Positions 20,715-27,702 of a stretch of DNA of 54,077 nt are shown here, one piece after another. Location of the stretch: the IMG/VR virus record IMGVR_UViG_3300038465_000034; one strand, 5' to 3'. A program made the translations under genes and the position numbers. The DNA is from an uncultured virus (IMG/VR IMGVR_UViG_3300038465_000034) (taxonomy: Duplodnaviria; Heunggongvirae; Uroviricota; Caudoviricetes). Under the pieces are notes generated by a model. That model saw only the letters and a list, made by a program, of their open reading frames with translations. It was not told the origin of the DNA and did no database searches. Each line of letters opens with the position of its first letter. Position 1 is the first letter of the stretch.

Positions 20715-21119
20715 TTAAATTGCGGCTTCATTCGGCTCCGTCCTGATCTCGTCACCTGTGCCGTCCTGATACAATTGCGTTGCGAGGGTCGCGTATCGTT
20801 CCAAAGCGACCTCAAGCTCTGGGAGACCTATTGTGGGATTGGGGTACTCTCCGAGGTATTGCTTCTGATTGTCGCGGAGCCAAACGAGAACGTCCAAGGC
20901 GGGGAATTTATCGGGCACACGGCAGAAGATGGCTTTGACGCCGAAGGTTGCAGCGTAGCTCAATCCGGGCATCCATGGGCCGCTGGTCGGTCGGCGATCA
21001 GCTAGTATGGATCGATAGAAGTCCCGCAACCGATCTTCACGGAGAGTGAAGTAATAGCACGTGTTGTTTTCCGAGTTGAGAACTCGAACCTCAACGACAT
21101 TTGGATTACGCTCGGACAT
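20715..21119 (-). CDS. hypothetical protein, leaderless
   Basis: TGGTATTAT-5 nt-ATG. Confidence 0.55.
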   Translation of the reverse strand: MSERNPNVVEVRVLNSENNTCYYFTLREDRLRDFYRSILADRRPTSGPWMPGLSYAATFGVKAIFCRVPDKFPALDVLVWLRDNQKQYLGEYPNPTIGLPELEVALERYATLATQLYQDGTGDEIRTEPNEAAI

Positions 21120-21139
21120 ACCTTATAATACCACAGGAA

Positions 21140-21175
21140 AAAGAAAAGCCCCCGAAAACTCGGGGGCTCTTTTAT
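21140..21175 (-). terminator. intrinsic terminator
   Basis: AGCCCCCGA-loop-TCGGGGGCT flanked by A/T tracts, downstream of the Gly-rich gene. Confidence 0.75.
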
Positions 21176-21187
21176 TCGTCTCAGGAA

Positions 21188-21631
21188 TTACCTGTGTCCA
21201 CCGTGACCACCACCGTGTGATCCGCCGCCATGACCACCGCGTGACCCGCCATAACCACCACCATGACCACCGCGATCACCACGCCCGCGTCCGTCACCAC
21301 GATATCGTCCACCATGACCATTGCCACGATAGAATCCACCACGAGCGCCTTCAAAGCGATGACCGCCCCAACCATGGCCGTAGCCCCAGCCCCACCATGG
21401 GCCGACGCCGAGGAAAATGCCGTTGTAGAAATAGCCCGAGCCATAGAAACCGTATGGCGCACAGGCGTAGGGTTCGTAATCGTAATAGCCGTACTCGCAC
21501 ACGGGCGGTACACCAACTTCGACACCGATGCCGATACGAGGACCAACAACAATCTGAGCCGAGGCAGGAACGGTCGCCACGCCCACAAACATCGCGAATA
21601 CTACGAGGAGAGAAGCAAGAAATTTACGCAT
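21188..21631 (-). CDS. secreted Gly/His/Tyr-rich protein (Acidobacteriota-like)
   Basis: Signal peptide ASA-Q; PPVCEYGYYDYEPYACAPYGFYG..YF.NGIFLGVGPW motif; GGH-rich tail; SD GAGGT. Confidence 0.75.
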   Translation of the reverse strand: MRKFLASLLVVFAMFVGVATVPASAQIVVGPRIGIGVEVGVPPVCEYGYYDYEPYACAPYGFYGSGYFYNGIFLGVGPWWGWGYGHGWGGHRFEGARGGFYRGNGHGGRYRGDGRGRGDRGGHGGGYGGSRGGHGGGSHGGGHGGHR

Positions 21632-21730
21632 TTGATTTGTTACCTCACTTTGAATTAACCCGAGTCATCGGGGAAAGTTCTGACTATAAGATGCGTAGTC
21701 AAGAAATTTTGATGCTTTGTTTACACTACT

Positions 21731-22243
21731 TTACAAATTTTGTTGCGCCTGCTTAATGTCTCGCCGAACCTGCCGCACCGATTGAGCGTGATCCGCGAGA
21801 AAGGTCTTCTTTTCTATACCCAAATGGACGAGGATGATTTCTTTCCCCTTAATGTAATCCTCGGGGAAACAGACTGCCTGCCAATCCGTCTGGTTATACT
21901 GATAGGGACTGATCTGGAATTTGTTCAAGGCAGCCAGCGTCTTTTTATCACGACGACTTGACGTGCACCAGAGCGCCCGTCCGTTGCAGCACAGGATGTA
22001 ATCAAACATGTCCACATTGCCCATGTAGTCTTCGGTTCCGCCGCCTCGGTTCACTTCCGTCCACTTGTAGGGGGCGGTGAATTCTTTGCATTCTTTCAGG
22101 TGCTTCTTGGCGGGATAAAACTCGCTGTCCGTCTGCATCATGCCACAGTTGGAGCACACCAGTTCGACATACTCGAATTTGGAGCCGTCAGTCCGTTTGC
22201 CCGCGACGGGCTTCTTGATGAGGCGGGGGCGATAGGATTTCAT
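21731..22243 (-). CDS. hypothetical protein, leaderless, divergent from tRNA operon 1
   Basis: TGGTATCAT-6 nt-ATG; CSNC motif. Confidence 0.55.
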   Translation of the reverse strand: MKSYRPRLIKKPVAGKRTDGSKFEYVELVCSNCGMMQTDSEFYPAKKHLKECKEFTAPYKWTEVNRGGGTEDYMGNVDMFDYILCCNGRALWCTSSRRDKKTLAALNKFQISPYQYNQTDWQAVCFPEDYIKGKEIILVHLGIEKKTFLADHAQSVRQVRRDIKQAQQNL

Positions 22244-22302
22244 ACCTATATGATACCACGAAAAAATAAATTTTGATTTCCTATCCAAAAAGTCAACTTC
22301 CA

Positions 22303-22322
22303 TGGTATTATGTAGAAGTAAG
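22303..22322 (+). promoter_or_regulatory. promoter of tRNA operon 1
   Basis: TGGTATTATGTAGAAGTAAG (extended -10); 19/20 identical to the operon 2 promoter at 43144-43163. Confidence 0.75.
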
Positions 22323-22330
22323 AGGAAAAC

Positions 22331-22453
22331 ATGACTTTGAAAAACGCCAATTCGAAGACCGCCGCACATAAAATGGTGAAGCGCCCGGTCAGATACCAGC
22401 GGAATAATCGCTGGTTCGGCGCAGGTCTGTTTTCTCAGGGTTGGGATGAGTAG
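22331..22453 (+). CDS. putative attenuator leader peptide of tRNA operon 1 (MTLKNANSKTAAHKMVKRPVRYQRNNRWFGAGLFSQGWDE)
   Basis: SD GAGG before ATG 22331 (second in-frame ATG 22373); K/R/Q/N/W/H codons match downstream tRNAs; overlaps alternative hairpins. Confidence 0.75.
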   Translation: MTLKNANSKTAAHKMVKRPVRYQRNNRWFGAGLFSQGWDE

Positions 22454-22481
22454 CTAGAAACCCACCGAACGAGATCAACAG

Positions 22482-22514
22482 ACCCACCGAAAAACGGTGG
22501 GTTTTTGCGTTTTT
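22482..22514 (+). terminator. attenuator terminator before tRNA-Trp
   Basis: ACCCACCG-AAAAA-CGGTGGGT-TTTTGCGTTTTT. Confidence 0.85.
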
Positions 22515-22526
22515 ATTGGAAAATAT

Positions 22527-22602
22527 AGGGGCGTAAGATAACGGCTAGTCGGTCGGTCTCCAAAACCGTACAGTGTGGGTTCGAATCCCTCCGCCCCTGC
22601 CA
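22527..22602 (+). tRNA. tRNA-Trp(CCA)
   Basis: AGGGGCG/CGCCCCT acceptor, CT-CCA-AA loop, TTCGAAT, encoded CCA. Confidence 0.9.
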
Positions 22603-22642
22603 AAATTTAAGTCGCATCGTGAAGCAAACCGATGTGCAGATT

Positions 22643-22722
22643 GTGGTCGTCGGTAGTGCTGGTATGTACCCGCAGCCTGTGAAGCTGTCGTATCGTGGGT
22701 TCAATTCCCACCGACCACCCCA
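22643..22722 (+). tRNA. tRNA-His(GTG), atypical D-arm, no encoded G-1
   Basis: GTGGTCG/CGACCAC, CT-GTG-AA, C73, CCA. Confidence 0.75.
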
Positions 22723-22796
22723 GTTTAGGGCGAGTTGGCCGTGAGTAAGACCAACTTTTAACACGTCAGAGGACGATGTGCCCCGTTTTTAGATGT

Positions 22797-22873
22797 GGTG
22801 ACTGTCGTTTAGGGGCTAAGACCTCTGACTGTGAATCAGATGATCGTCGGTTCGAATCCGACCAGTCACCCCA
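22797..22873 (+). tRNA. tRNA-His(GTG)
   Basis: G-1 + GTGACTG/CAGTCAC, TCTGA-CT-GTG-AA-TCAGA, C73, CCA. Confidence 0.9.
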
Positions 22874-22959
22874 AGTTTCGGCGGGGCGTTTCGGGTAGTA
22901 AAGCTGTAACCGACTCGTAAAGTCTGGCCCACTGCGAGGTCAGGCCCCAAAGTTTAGGC

Positions 22960-23220
22960 ATGAAGGAGTCAAGATTGAACAGCGGGGATGGAAACTCGCC
23001 CAGCGTGCAGCGGAGAACAGGGTCAGTCGCCCCCTCGGGGCTCGATTGGTCCGATGTGCACATCGAGTTTCCATCCTCAAATGGTAGAACTTTAGCGACG
23101 GTTGTTGGCAGTCCGCTAGACCACGACTGCCCAGTGTGTGAAATGCCGAAAGGCATGGCTTGCAAGTCAGCAACAACGCATTACAACCGCGTGAGGCTGA
23201 TTAGAGTTTTAGTCCCGTAA
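22960..23220 (+). CDS. small Zn-finger protein within tRNA array
   Basis: CPVC...C...H..R motif; stop codon lies inside tRNA-Arg(CCG). Confidence 0.5.
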   Translation: MKESRLNSGDGNSPSVQRRTGSVAPSGLDWSDVHIEFPSSNGRTLATVVGSPLDHDCPVCEMPKGMACKSATTHYNRVRLIRVLVP

Positions 23221-23287
23221 CTCAGCGGAATAGAGTACTCGCCTCCGAAGCGAAAAGTCGTGGGTTCGAATCCCACCGGGACTACCA
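23211..23287 (+). tRNA. tRNA-Arg(CCG)
   Basis: AGTCCCG/CGGGACT, CT-CCG-AA, TTCGAAT, CCA. Confidence 0.9.
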
Positions 23288-23339
23288 AGTAGAGGGCTGG
23301 TGCGCTCCCTCCATAACATGCGTACCAAATTTTAGATGT

Positions 23340-23414
23340 GCCTCTGTCGTTCAACGGACAGGATGCGAAGCTACGAACTTCACGATAGTGGTTCGATTCC
23401 ACTCGGGGGCACCA
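23340..23414 (+). tRNA. tRNA-Arg(ACG)
   Basis: GCCTCTG/CGGGGGC, CT-ACG-AA, TTCGATT, CCA. Confidence 0.88.
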
Positions 23415-23421
23415 AGGTTAG

Positions 23422-23512
23422 AAACGTCGAGGTCGGCTGTAGCTCAGCGGTAGAGCAGCCCGCAGGGGAAGGTCGGTGGTTCGAATCCACCCAGCCATAC
23501 GCCGAGACGTTT
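23422..23512 (+). ncRNA. anticodon-less tRNA-like RNA with extended closing stem
   Basis: Perfect D-arm (GCTC-AGCGGTA-GAGC) and T-arm (GGTGG-TTCGAAT-CCACC); anticodon arm reduced to CCC-GCAG-GGG; no CCA. Confidence 0.65.
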
Positions 23513-23578
23513 TTAGGGCAGAGGATAGACAGCGACGGCTGGAACGACGTGAAATCCCTCAAGCCCTCCGGATATTTT

Positions 23579-23654
23579 GGTCCCATCGTACAATGGAACA
23601 GGACACGTGGCTTCGAACCACGAAATGTAGGTTCAAGTCCTACTGGGACCACCA
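23579..23654 (+). tRNA. tRNA-Arg(TCG)
   Basis: GGTCCCA/TGGGACC, CGTGG-CT-TCG-AA-CCACG, CCA. Confidence 0.9.
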
Positions 23655-23661
23655 AAGTTTT

Positions 23662-23747
23662 GCAGGTGTGTCGGCAACGGACGCCACGGGCGCTACGAAC
23701 GCCTAGCCCTTCGGGGAATGCAGGTTCGAGTCCTGTCACTTGCTCCA
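23662..23747 (+). tRNA. tRNA with ACG anticodon and long variable arm (Arg?)
   Basis: GCAGGTG/CACTTGC, CT-ACG-AA, V-arm CCC-TTCG-GGG, U73, CCA. Confidence 0.75.
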
Positions 23748-23759
23748 GTTGGGGGTCGT

Positions 23760-24062
23760 ATGTATAAAGCGTCAAAGATGGTGTTACTTACGGGTCGCGA
23801 TGGGACTGTGCAGTACGGCCAGCCGCGCCACATACCGATGACTGGCTTTGGTGACTACGACATCGTTCCGACCGAAGAGGTTGAGCAGGACGAGGACCCG
23901 GCGGTAGTCGCGGCACGGCACGAGAGGACGATGGCGAAGATCGCCGAGCAGCTTAAGTTCGAAGAGGAATATCGGCTTGAGCGAGGAAGTAAGGCGGGTA
24001 CCACGGTCCACGAATCGGGTTGCCCCTGTGGGTTCTGCAAGGCGGGTTTTACGACAGCATAA
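23760..24062 (+). CDS. hypothetical protein (C-terminal H...CPCGFC)
   Basis: ORF between tRNAs with GGGGG SD. Confidence 0.55.
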   Translation: MYKASKMVLLTGRDGTVQYGQPRHIPMTGFGDYDIVPTEEVEQDEDPAVVAARHERTMAKIAEQLKFEEEYRLERGSKAGTTVHESGCPCGFCKAGFTTA

Positions 24063-24073
24063 ATTTTGAATTT

Positions 24074-24149
24074 AGGGCGTTAGTTCAGTTGGTAGAACGT
24101 CGGCCTCTGAAGCCGAATGTCGGTGGTTCAAACCCATCACGCCCTGCCA
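24074..24149 (+). tRNA. tRNA-Gln(CTG)
   Basis: AGGGCGT/ACGCCCT, TCGGC-CT-CTG-AA-GCCGA, G73, CCA. Confidence 0.85.
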
Positions 24150-24159
24150 AGTTTGATGT

Positions 24160-24237
24160 TCCAGTGTAGGACAATTGGTAGTCTGCTCGGCTGTTACCCG
24201 ATGTATGATGGGGGTTCGAGTCCCTCCGCTGGAGCCA
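24160..24237 (+). tRNA. tRNA-Asn(GTT)
   Basis: TCCAGTG/CGCTGGA, CT-GTT-AC, G73, CCA. Confidence 0.85.
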
Positions 24238-24249
24238 GTATTAAGTAGT

Positions 24250-24639
24250 ATGGGTGCTAACGATAAGAAAAAGCAACAGTTGGGAATGGCAATTGGCACG
24301 GCGAGTGCTCGATTGCGAAAGATGATCCTCTTTGGTTTGGTGCGGCGTTGTGGACTCGATACCTGTTTCCGCTGCGGGAAACAAATCGGTACTGTGGAAG
24401 AATTTTCCATCGAGCATAAGAAAGCTTGGCTCGATGTTTCGATAGACCTGTTCTGGGATTTGGATAACATTGCGTTTTCACACCTAGTATGTAATGTGGC
24501 TACCGCAAGAAAACCACATAAAAAGTATTTCACTGCCGCAGCGTTACGAGAAGCGACGAATAAACGAATCGCTGGTTATGGGCGTAAGGCGTACACGAAA
24601 GAACGACGACGGCAGAAATACTTAAGAACAGGTCATTAA
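24250..24639 (+). CDS. HNH-like endonuclease (paralog of 42225-42752)
   Basis: CFRCG...SIEHKK.W...NIAFSHLVCN. Confidence 0.75.
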   Translation: MGANDKKKQQLGMAIGTASARLRKMILFGLVRRCGLDTCFRCGKQIGTVEEFSIEHKKAWLDVSIDLFWDLDNIAFSHLVCNVATARKPHKKYFTAAALREATNKRIAGYGRKAYTKERRRQKYLRTGH

Positions 24640-24649
24640 GTTTTAATGT

Positions 24650-24724
24650 TCACTCGTAGCTCAGCGTTAGAGCGTTCGCCTGTTAAGCGAAGGGTCGCAG
24701 GTTAGAATCCTGCCGAGTGAGCCA
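24650..24724 (+). tRNA. tRNA-Asn(GTT)
   Basis: TCACTCG/CGAGTGA, TTCGC-CT-GTT-AA-GCGAA, variant T-loop TTAGAAT, CCA. Confidence 0.85.
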
Positions 24725-24975
24725 AGTTTGGATCAGGAGGTCGGCGGTCTCGTACGCAGTGGCAGGTCAGCCAATTAAGTCTCGACGTGGGGTTTGTCAG
24801 GGTCACCCATAAAGCGGTGCTCCTCATGAAGCGGGCAGGAATATCGTGATCGAGCAGGGTTTCGACGGCGACATGGTACGTGCAGCCGCATTCGAGGACG
24901 GTGTAGAAGCATTCCTCGTCGCCCTCGCGGGCCGTGTAGGCTCCAGCTTGCTTCGTACTAATGAATACTGAAGTT

Positions 24976-25053
24976 GAGCGGGTAATTCAACTGGACTAGA
25001 AGCCCAGCCTCTTAAGCTGGAGAATGTGGGTTCAAATCCCACCCTGCTCACCA
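24976..25053 (+). tRNA. tRNA-Lys(CTT)
   Basis: GAGCGGG/CCTGCTC, CCAGC-CT-CTT-AA-GCTGG, CCA. Confidence 0.88.
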
Positions 25054-25074
25054 AATTTTGTGGTATTATGAGCT

Positions 25075-25473
25075 ATGGATAGAAAGGCGCAAGGTGTAAA
25101 GTCGGTCGGCATCATTATGAGTCGGCTGATTGGGATGGGCAAAACCGTCCTGTTGCCAATTGGTGATTGTGAACGTTACGATTTGGTGGTCGATGAAGGC
25201 ACTAAGTTCGTGCGTATTCAGTGCAAGACTGGACGATTAGTCAAGGGCACCCTTCGCTTCAAAGCAGCGAGCACTAACCTTGAGCATGGGAAGTGGACGC
25301 AGAAGGATTATAGAGGACAGGCGGACGTGTTCGGTGTTTACTGTCGGGAGCTTGACAAAGTTTATCTTGTTCCTGTCTCTGAAGTTGGAAGGCGGGAAGG
25401 GTCCTTGAGGATCGAGCCCACTCGGACAACCAACAATGTTCGTTGGGCGAAAGATTTTGAAATGCGGGCGTAG
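25075..25473 (+). CDS. PD-(D/E)XK endonuclease (group I intron-associated/I-Ssp6803I-like family)
   Basis: P.GD.ERYDLVVD...RIQCKTG...Y...AD.F.VY......YLVP. Confidence 0.82.
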   Translation: MDRKAQGVKSVGIIMSRLIGMGKTVLLPIGDCERYDLVVDEGTKFVRIQCKTGRLVKGTLRFKAASTNLEHGKWTQKDYRGQADVFGVYCRELDKVYLVPVSEVGRREGSLRIEPTRTTNNVRWAKDFEMRA

Positions 25474-25539
25474 CTCAGTTGGTAGAGCACTCGCCTCTTA
25501 AGCGAAGGGTCGGCGGTTCGATCCCGTCCGCCCGCACCA
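25464..25539 (+). tRNA. tRNA-Lys(CTT)
   Basis: GCGGGCG/CGCCCGC, CT-CTT-AA, CCA. Confidence 0.92.
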
Positions 25540-25545
25540 AGTTTA

Positions 25546-25595
25546 GACGTACCGCAGGGCGTTTCACGTAGGTTCGAATCCTACCGCGCCGACCA
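25546..25595 (+). pseudogene. 3' half tRNA remnant (T-arm + acceptor strand + CCA)
   Basis: GTAGG-TTCGAAT-CCTAC-CGCGCCG-A-CCA with no matching 5' half. Confidence 0.55.
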
Positions 25596-25624
25596 AATTT
25601 TGAGTTTTGTGGTATTGTAAATAG

Positions 25625-26101
25625 ATGGACGCTTTAGACCATCTGTTGGATACTGGCGAATTGCATTGGACAGCCCAAGACATGGCGCTCGACGATTTTG
25701 TCGATAGCGACAATTGGTTCTTGAATCGGGACGATGTACCCGAACCGACTTTGAATGAGTTGAAGTTCCCGCTGACGGTGTATCGGGCGGTGAAGCTCAC
25801 GAACGGCATGGTAGACCTAAAGACCGAGGGGGTGGGGATTTACTGGACGTATAGCCCTCGGGTCGCGGAACATTGGATGTTCCCCACGAGGCCGGTGTGG
25901 ATACTTCGAGCAACAGCGGAGTACGATCAGGTAGATTGGGGGAAGACCCGAGACCTGAACACAAAGTTTGAAGTAGAACGAGAGATTAGGCTTCTGGCAG
26001 GAGCTAGGCTGCGGATCAATGCGTACAAGCGCAGACACAGCACAAGCTTCCTGACGTTCTCGGAAGATTGGGAACATGACGGACTGGAAGCAATAGCGTA
26101 A
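25625..26101 (+). CDS. putative ADP-ribosyltransferase-fold protein
   Basis: LTVYRAV...GIYWT.S..VA..W...E.EREI.L resembles the R-S-ExE ART arrangement. Confidence 0.5.
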   Translation: MDALDHLLDTGELHWTAQDMALDDFVDSDNWFLNRDDVPEPTLNELKFPLTVYRAVKLTNGMVDLKTEGVGIYWTYSPRVAEHWMFPTRPVWILRATAEYDQVDWGKTRDLNTKFEVEREIRLLAGARLRINAYKRRHSTSFLTFSEDWEHDGLEAIA

Positions 26102-26105
26102 GTTT

Positions 26106-26181
26106 GGATCGGTAGCTCAATTGGCAGAGCAACAGACTCTTAATCTGAAGGTTGTGGGTTCAATTCCCACCCGGTTCACCA
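26106..26181 (+). tRNA. tRNA-Lys(CTT)
   Basis: GGATCGG/CCGGTTC, CT-CTT-AA, CCA. Confidence 0.9.
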
Positions 26182-26187
26182 ATTTCT

Positions 26188-26388
26188 ATGCGTAGGACGT
26201 GCCCCAGTTGTCTCGGCGATGACGCGGCAAAGCGCGAAGGTCGGAACTTTGACCCGCTCTACGGCACCGTCGAAATCTACTGCACGTACTGTGGGTCCTT
26301 CGTGGACATGCTCTGGCGCTGGCAGACGAGCGACAGCGTGTGGCAGAAGTTCAGGGATCAAGCAAAGTTCGGGTTAGCTCAAGGTTAG
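26188..26388 (+). CDS. small Zn-ribbon protein
   Basis: CPSC...CTYC. Confidence 0.5.
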   Translation: MRRTCPSCLGDDAAKREGRNFDPLYGTVEIYCTYCGSFVDMLWRWQTSDSVWQKFRDQAKFGLAQG

Positions 26389-26444
26389 GCAGAGCAGCCG
26401 CGCAAGCGGAAGACTGGCGGGTTCGAATCCCACCCCCTAAACCA
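26368..26444 (+). ncRNA. anticodon-less tRNA-like RNA (GCAA tetraloop in place of the anticodon loop)
   Basis: GCTC...GAGC D-arm, CCGC-GCAA-GCGG, GGG-TTCGAAT-CCC, weak acceptor, ACCA. Confidence 0.6.
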
Positions 26445-26553
26445 TTACGGGTGTCAAGAATAGGGTGACAGACGGCACCAACCGTTGCGGGTTCAACGAC
26501 CGCCCCGTGATTTTGACTTTTAGAACGCTAGATAGAAGGGAATACAGTGATTT

Positions 26554-27144
26554 ATGCATGACACTCTCGTACTCGACATGAACTGGACGCCTGTAGGCTT
26601 CTGCACGTGGCAGAACGCCGTAAAGCTCATCTGGGAAGAGCGGGCTCACGTCGTCAAGGAAGACGAAGCGGGCAAGGTTTTAAGGTCGCCCTCGTTCTCC
26701 ATGGGGATGCCAAGGGTCATCGTGGTCCGTAACGCTTGGACAAAGCGCCGTCGCCAAGCTGTGCCTTTCAGCCGCCGCAACATTGCGGTAAGGGACAACA
26801 GTGAGTGCCAATACACGGGACGTTGGGAAAGGGATGGCGGGCCTCGTTACTGGGTGCCGTGTGGCGAAGTGCTGCAAACGCACCAGTACACGCTGGATCA
26901 CGTTACCCCACGTTCACAGGGCGGTGTGAGTTCTTGGACGAACCTCGTTCTCGCTTGCATTTACTGCAACAAGGCAAAGGCGGGTATGACGCCCAAGCAA
27001 GCTGGTATGCAACTTCGGCATAAGCCTGTTGAACCGAAGGTAAATGACCCGAAGTACAACTTCAAGCTCCACATTCGGAAGCTGCGTCCCGAATGGAAAG
27101 AGTGGACTAGCTGGCTGTACTGGAACGCGATTCTTGACGCATAG
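26554..27144 (+). CDS. HNH endonuclease (McrA-like/HNH_5 type)
   Basis: LVLD..W.P.....W..A...PRVI...FSRRNI..RD...CQY...TLDHV.PRSQGG.SSW.NLV.AC..CN..K...TP..AGM.L. Confidence 0.88.
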   Translation: MHDTLVLDMNWTPVGFCTWQNAVKLIWEERAHVVKEDEAGKVLRSPSFSMGMPRVIVVRNAWTKRRRQAVPFSRRNIAVRDNSECQYTGRWERDGGPRYWVPCGEVLQTHQYTLDHVTPRSQGGVSSWTNLVLACIYCNKAKAGMTPKQAGMQLRHKPVEPKVNDPKYNFKLHIRKLRPEWKEWTSWLYWNAILDA

Positions 27145-27269
27145 GACATTCCCGTACGGTAACATTCGAGTGTTATCGTGCGGGAAATCCTGAAATGTTA
27201 CCGAACGGGAATGATTGGATGCACGATAGGTTGCCTGAGAAGGAACGTTCCGTGCACAGGGTATAATTC

Positions 27270-27521
27270 ATGGCAGGTATACCGCATATCCGAGGCTGCT
27301 GGTTTTGTCTGCTGAATAAGTTGGTGGTGATCTTCGGCTTTGGTGCGATTGGGATTGTTTGCGTCTGTGCCATGGTCTGGGATGCGGCCCACCACCACTA
27401 CCTGACGGCGGGCAAGGATTTCGTTACCTACCTCATAGCTTTCATGGCTATCAGCGTGGTGCCGAAGCTGATAGATGGCTGGTCGGGGCTTCTGAACAGG
27501 GTGCTGCCTGATGGTAAGTGA
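27270..27521 (+). CDS. small membrane protein
   Basis: Two hydrophobic segments; TATAAT upstream. Confidence 0.5.
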   Translation: MAGIPHIRGCWFCLLNKLVVIFGFGAIGIVCVCAMVWDAAHHHYLTAGKDFVTYLIAFMAISVVPKLIDGWSGLLNRVLPDGK

Positions 27522-27702
27522 TCTTCAGGCACTATCGAAAGCATTAACAGAAGGTGCCGCTTGCTACGACAGGCAGGCGGACAAGGAATTGACCGACCTC
27601 ATCATGCGGGATCAAGTGAGGATCGAAGAAGAATTGAATCGAGACGGACAGACAATCGTCACGTTTCGTGGGTGTCCTTACAAGATAGCCCGAAAAGTTT
27701 GA
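27511..27702 (+). CDS. hypothetical protein
   Basis: Stop TGA overlaps the first bases of tRNA-Arg(CCT). Confidence 0.5.
   Translation: MVSDLQALSKALTEGAACYDRQADKELTDLIMRDQVRIEEELNRDGQTIVTFRGCPYKIARKV

Noticed and set aside
21200..21400. CACCAC/GACCAC repeats
   Set aside because: Low-complexity Gly/His coding tail
22300..22520. T-box riboswitch as the leader mechanism
   Set aside because: No T-box consensus (AGGGTGGNACCGCG-like) or Stem I seen; the ORF and hairpin layout fits ribosome-mediated attenuation better
23422..23512. Firm assignment as YrlA Y RNA or tmRNA fragment
   Set aside because: Arm order is not permuted as in YrlA, there is no tag ORF, and no Ro60 gene is in the window
23181..23775. 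ORFs overlapping tRNAs (23336-23767, 23380-23775, 22513-22764, 42771-43295, 41569-41874)
   Set aside because: Translations of tRNA sequence (GFEP/GSNP patterns)
25075..25473. Group I intron inside a tRNA
   Set aside because: Both flanking tRNAs are intact and there is no room for an intron core; the nuclease is free-standing
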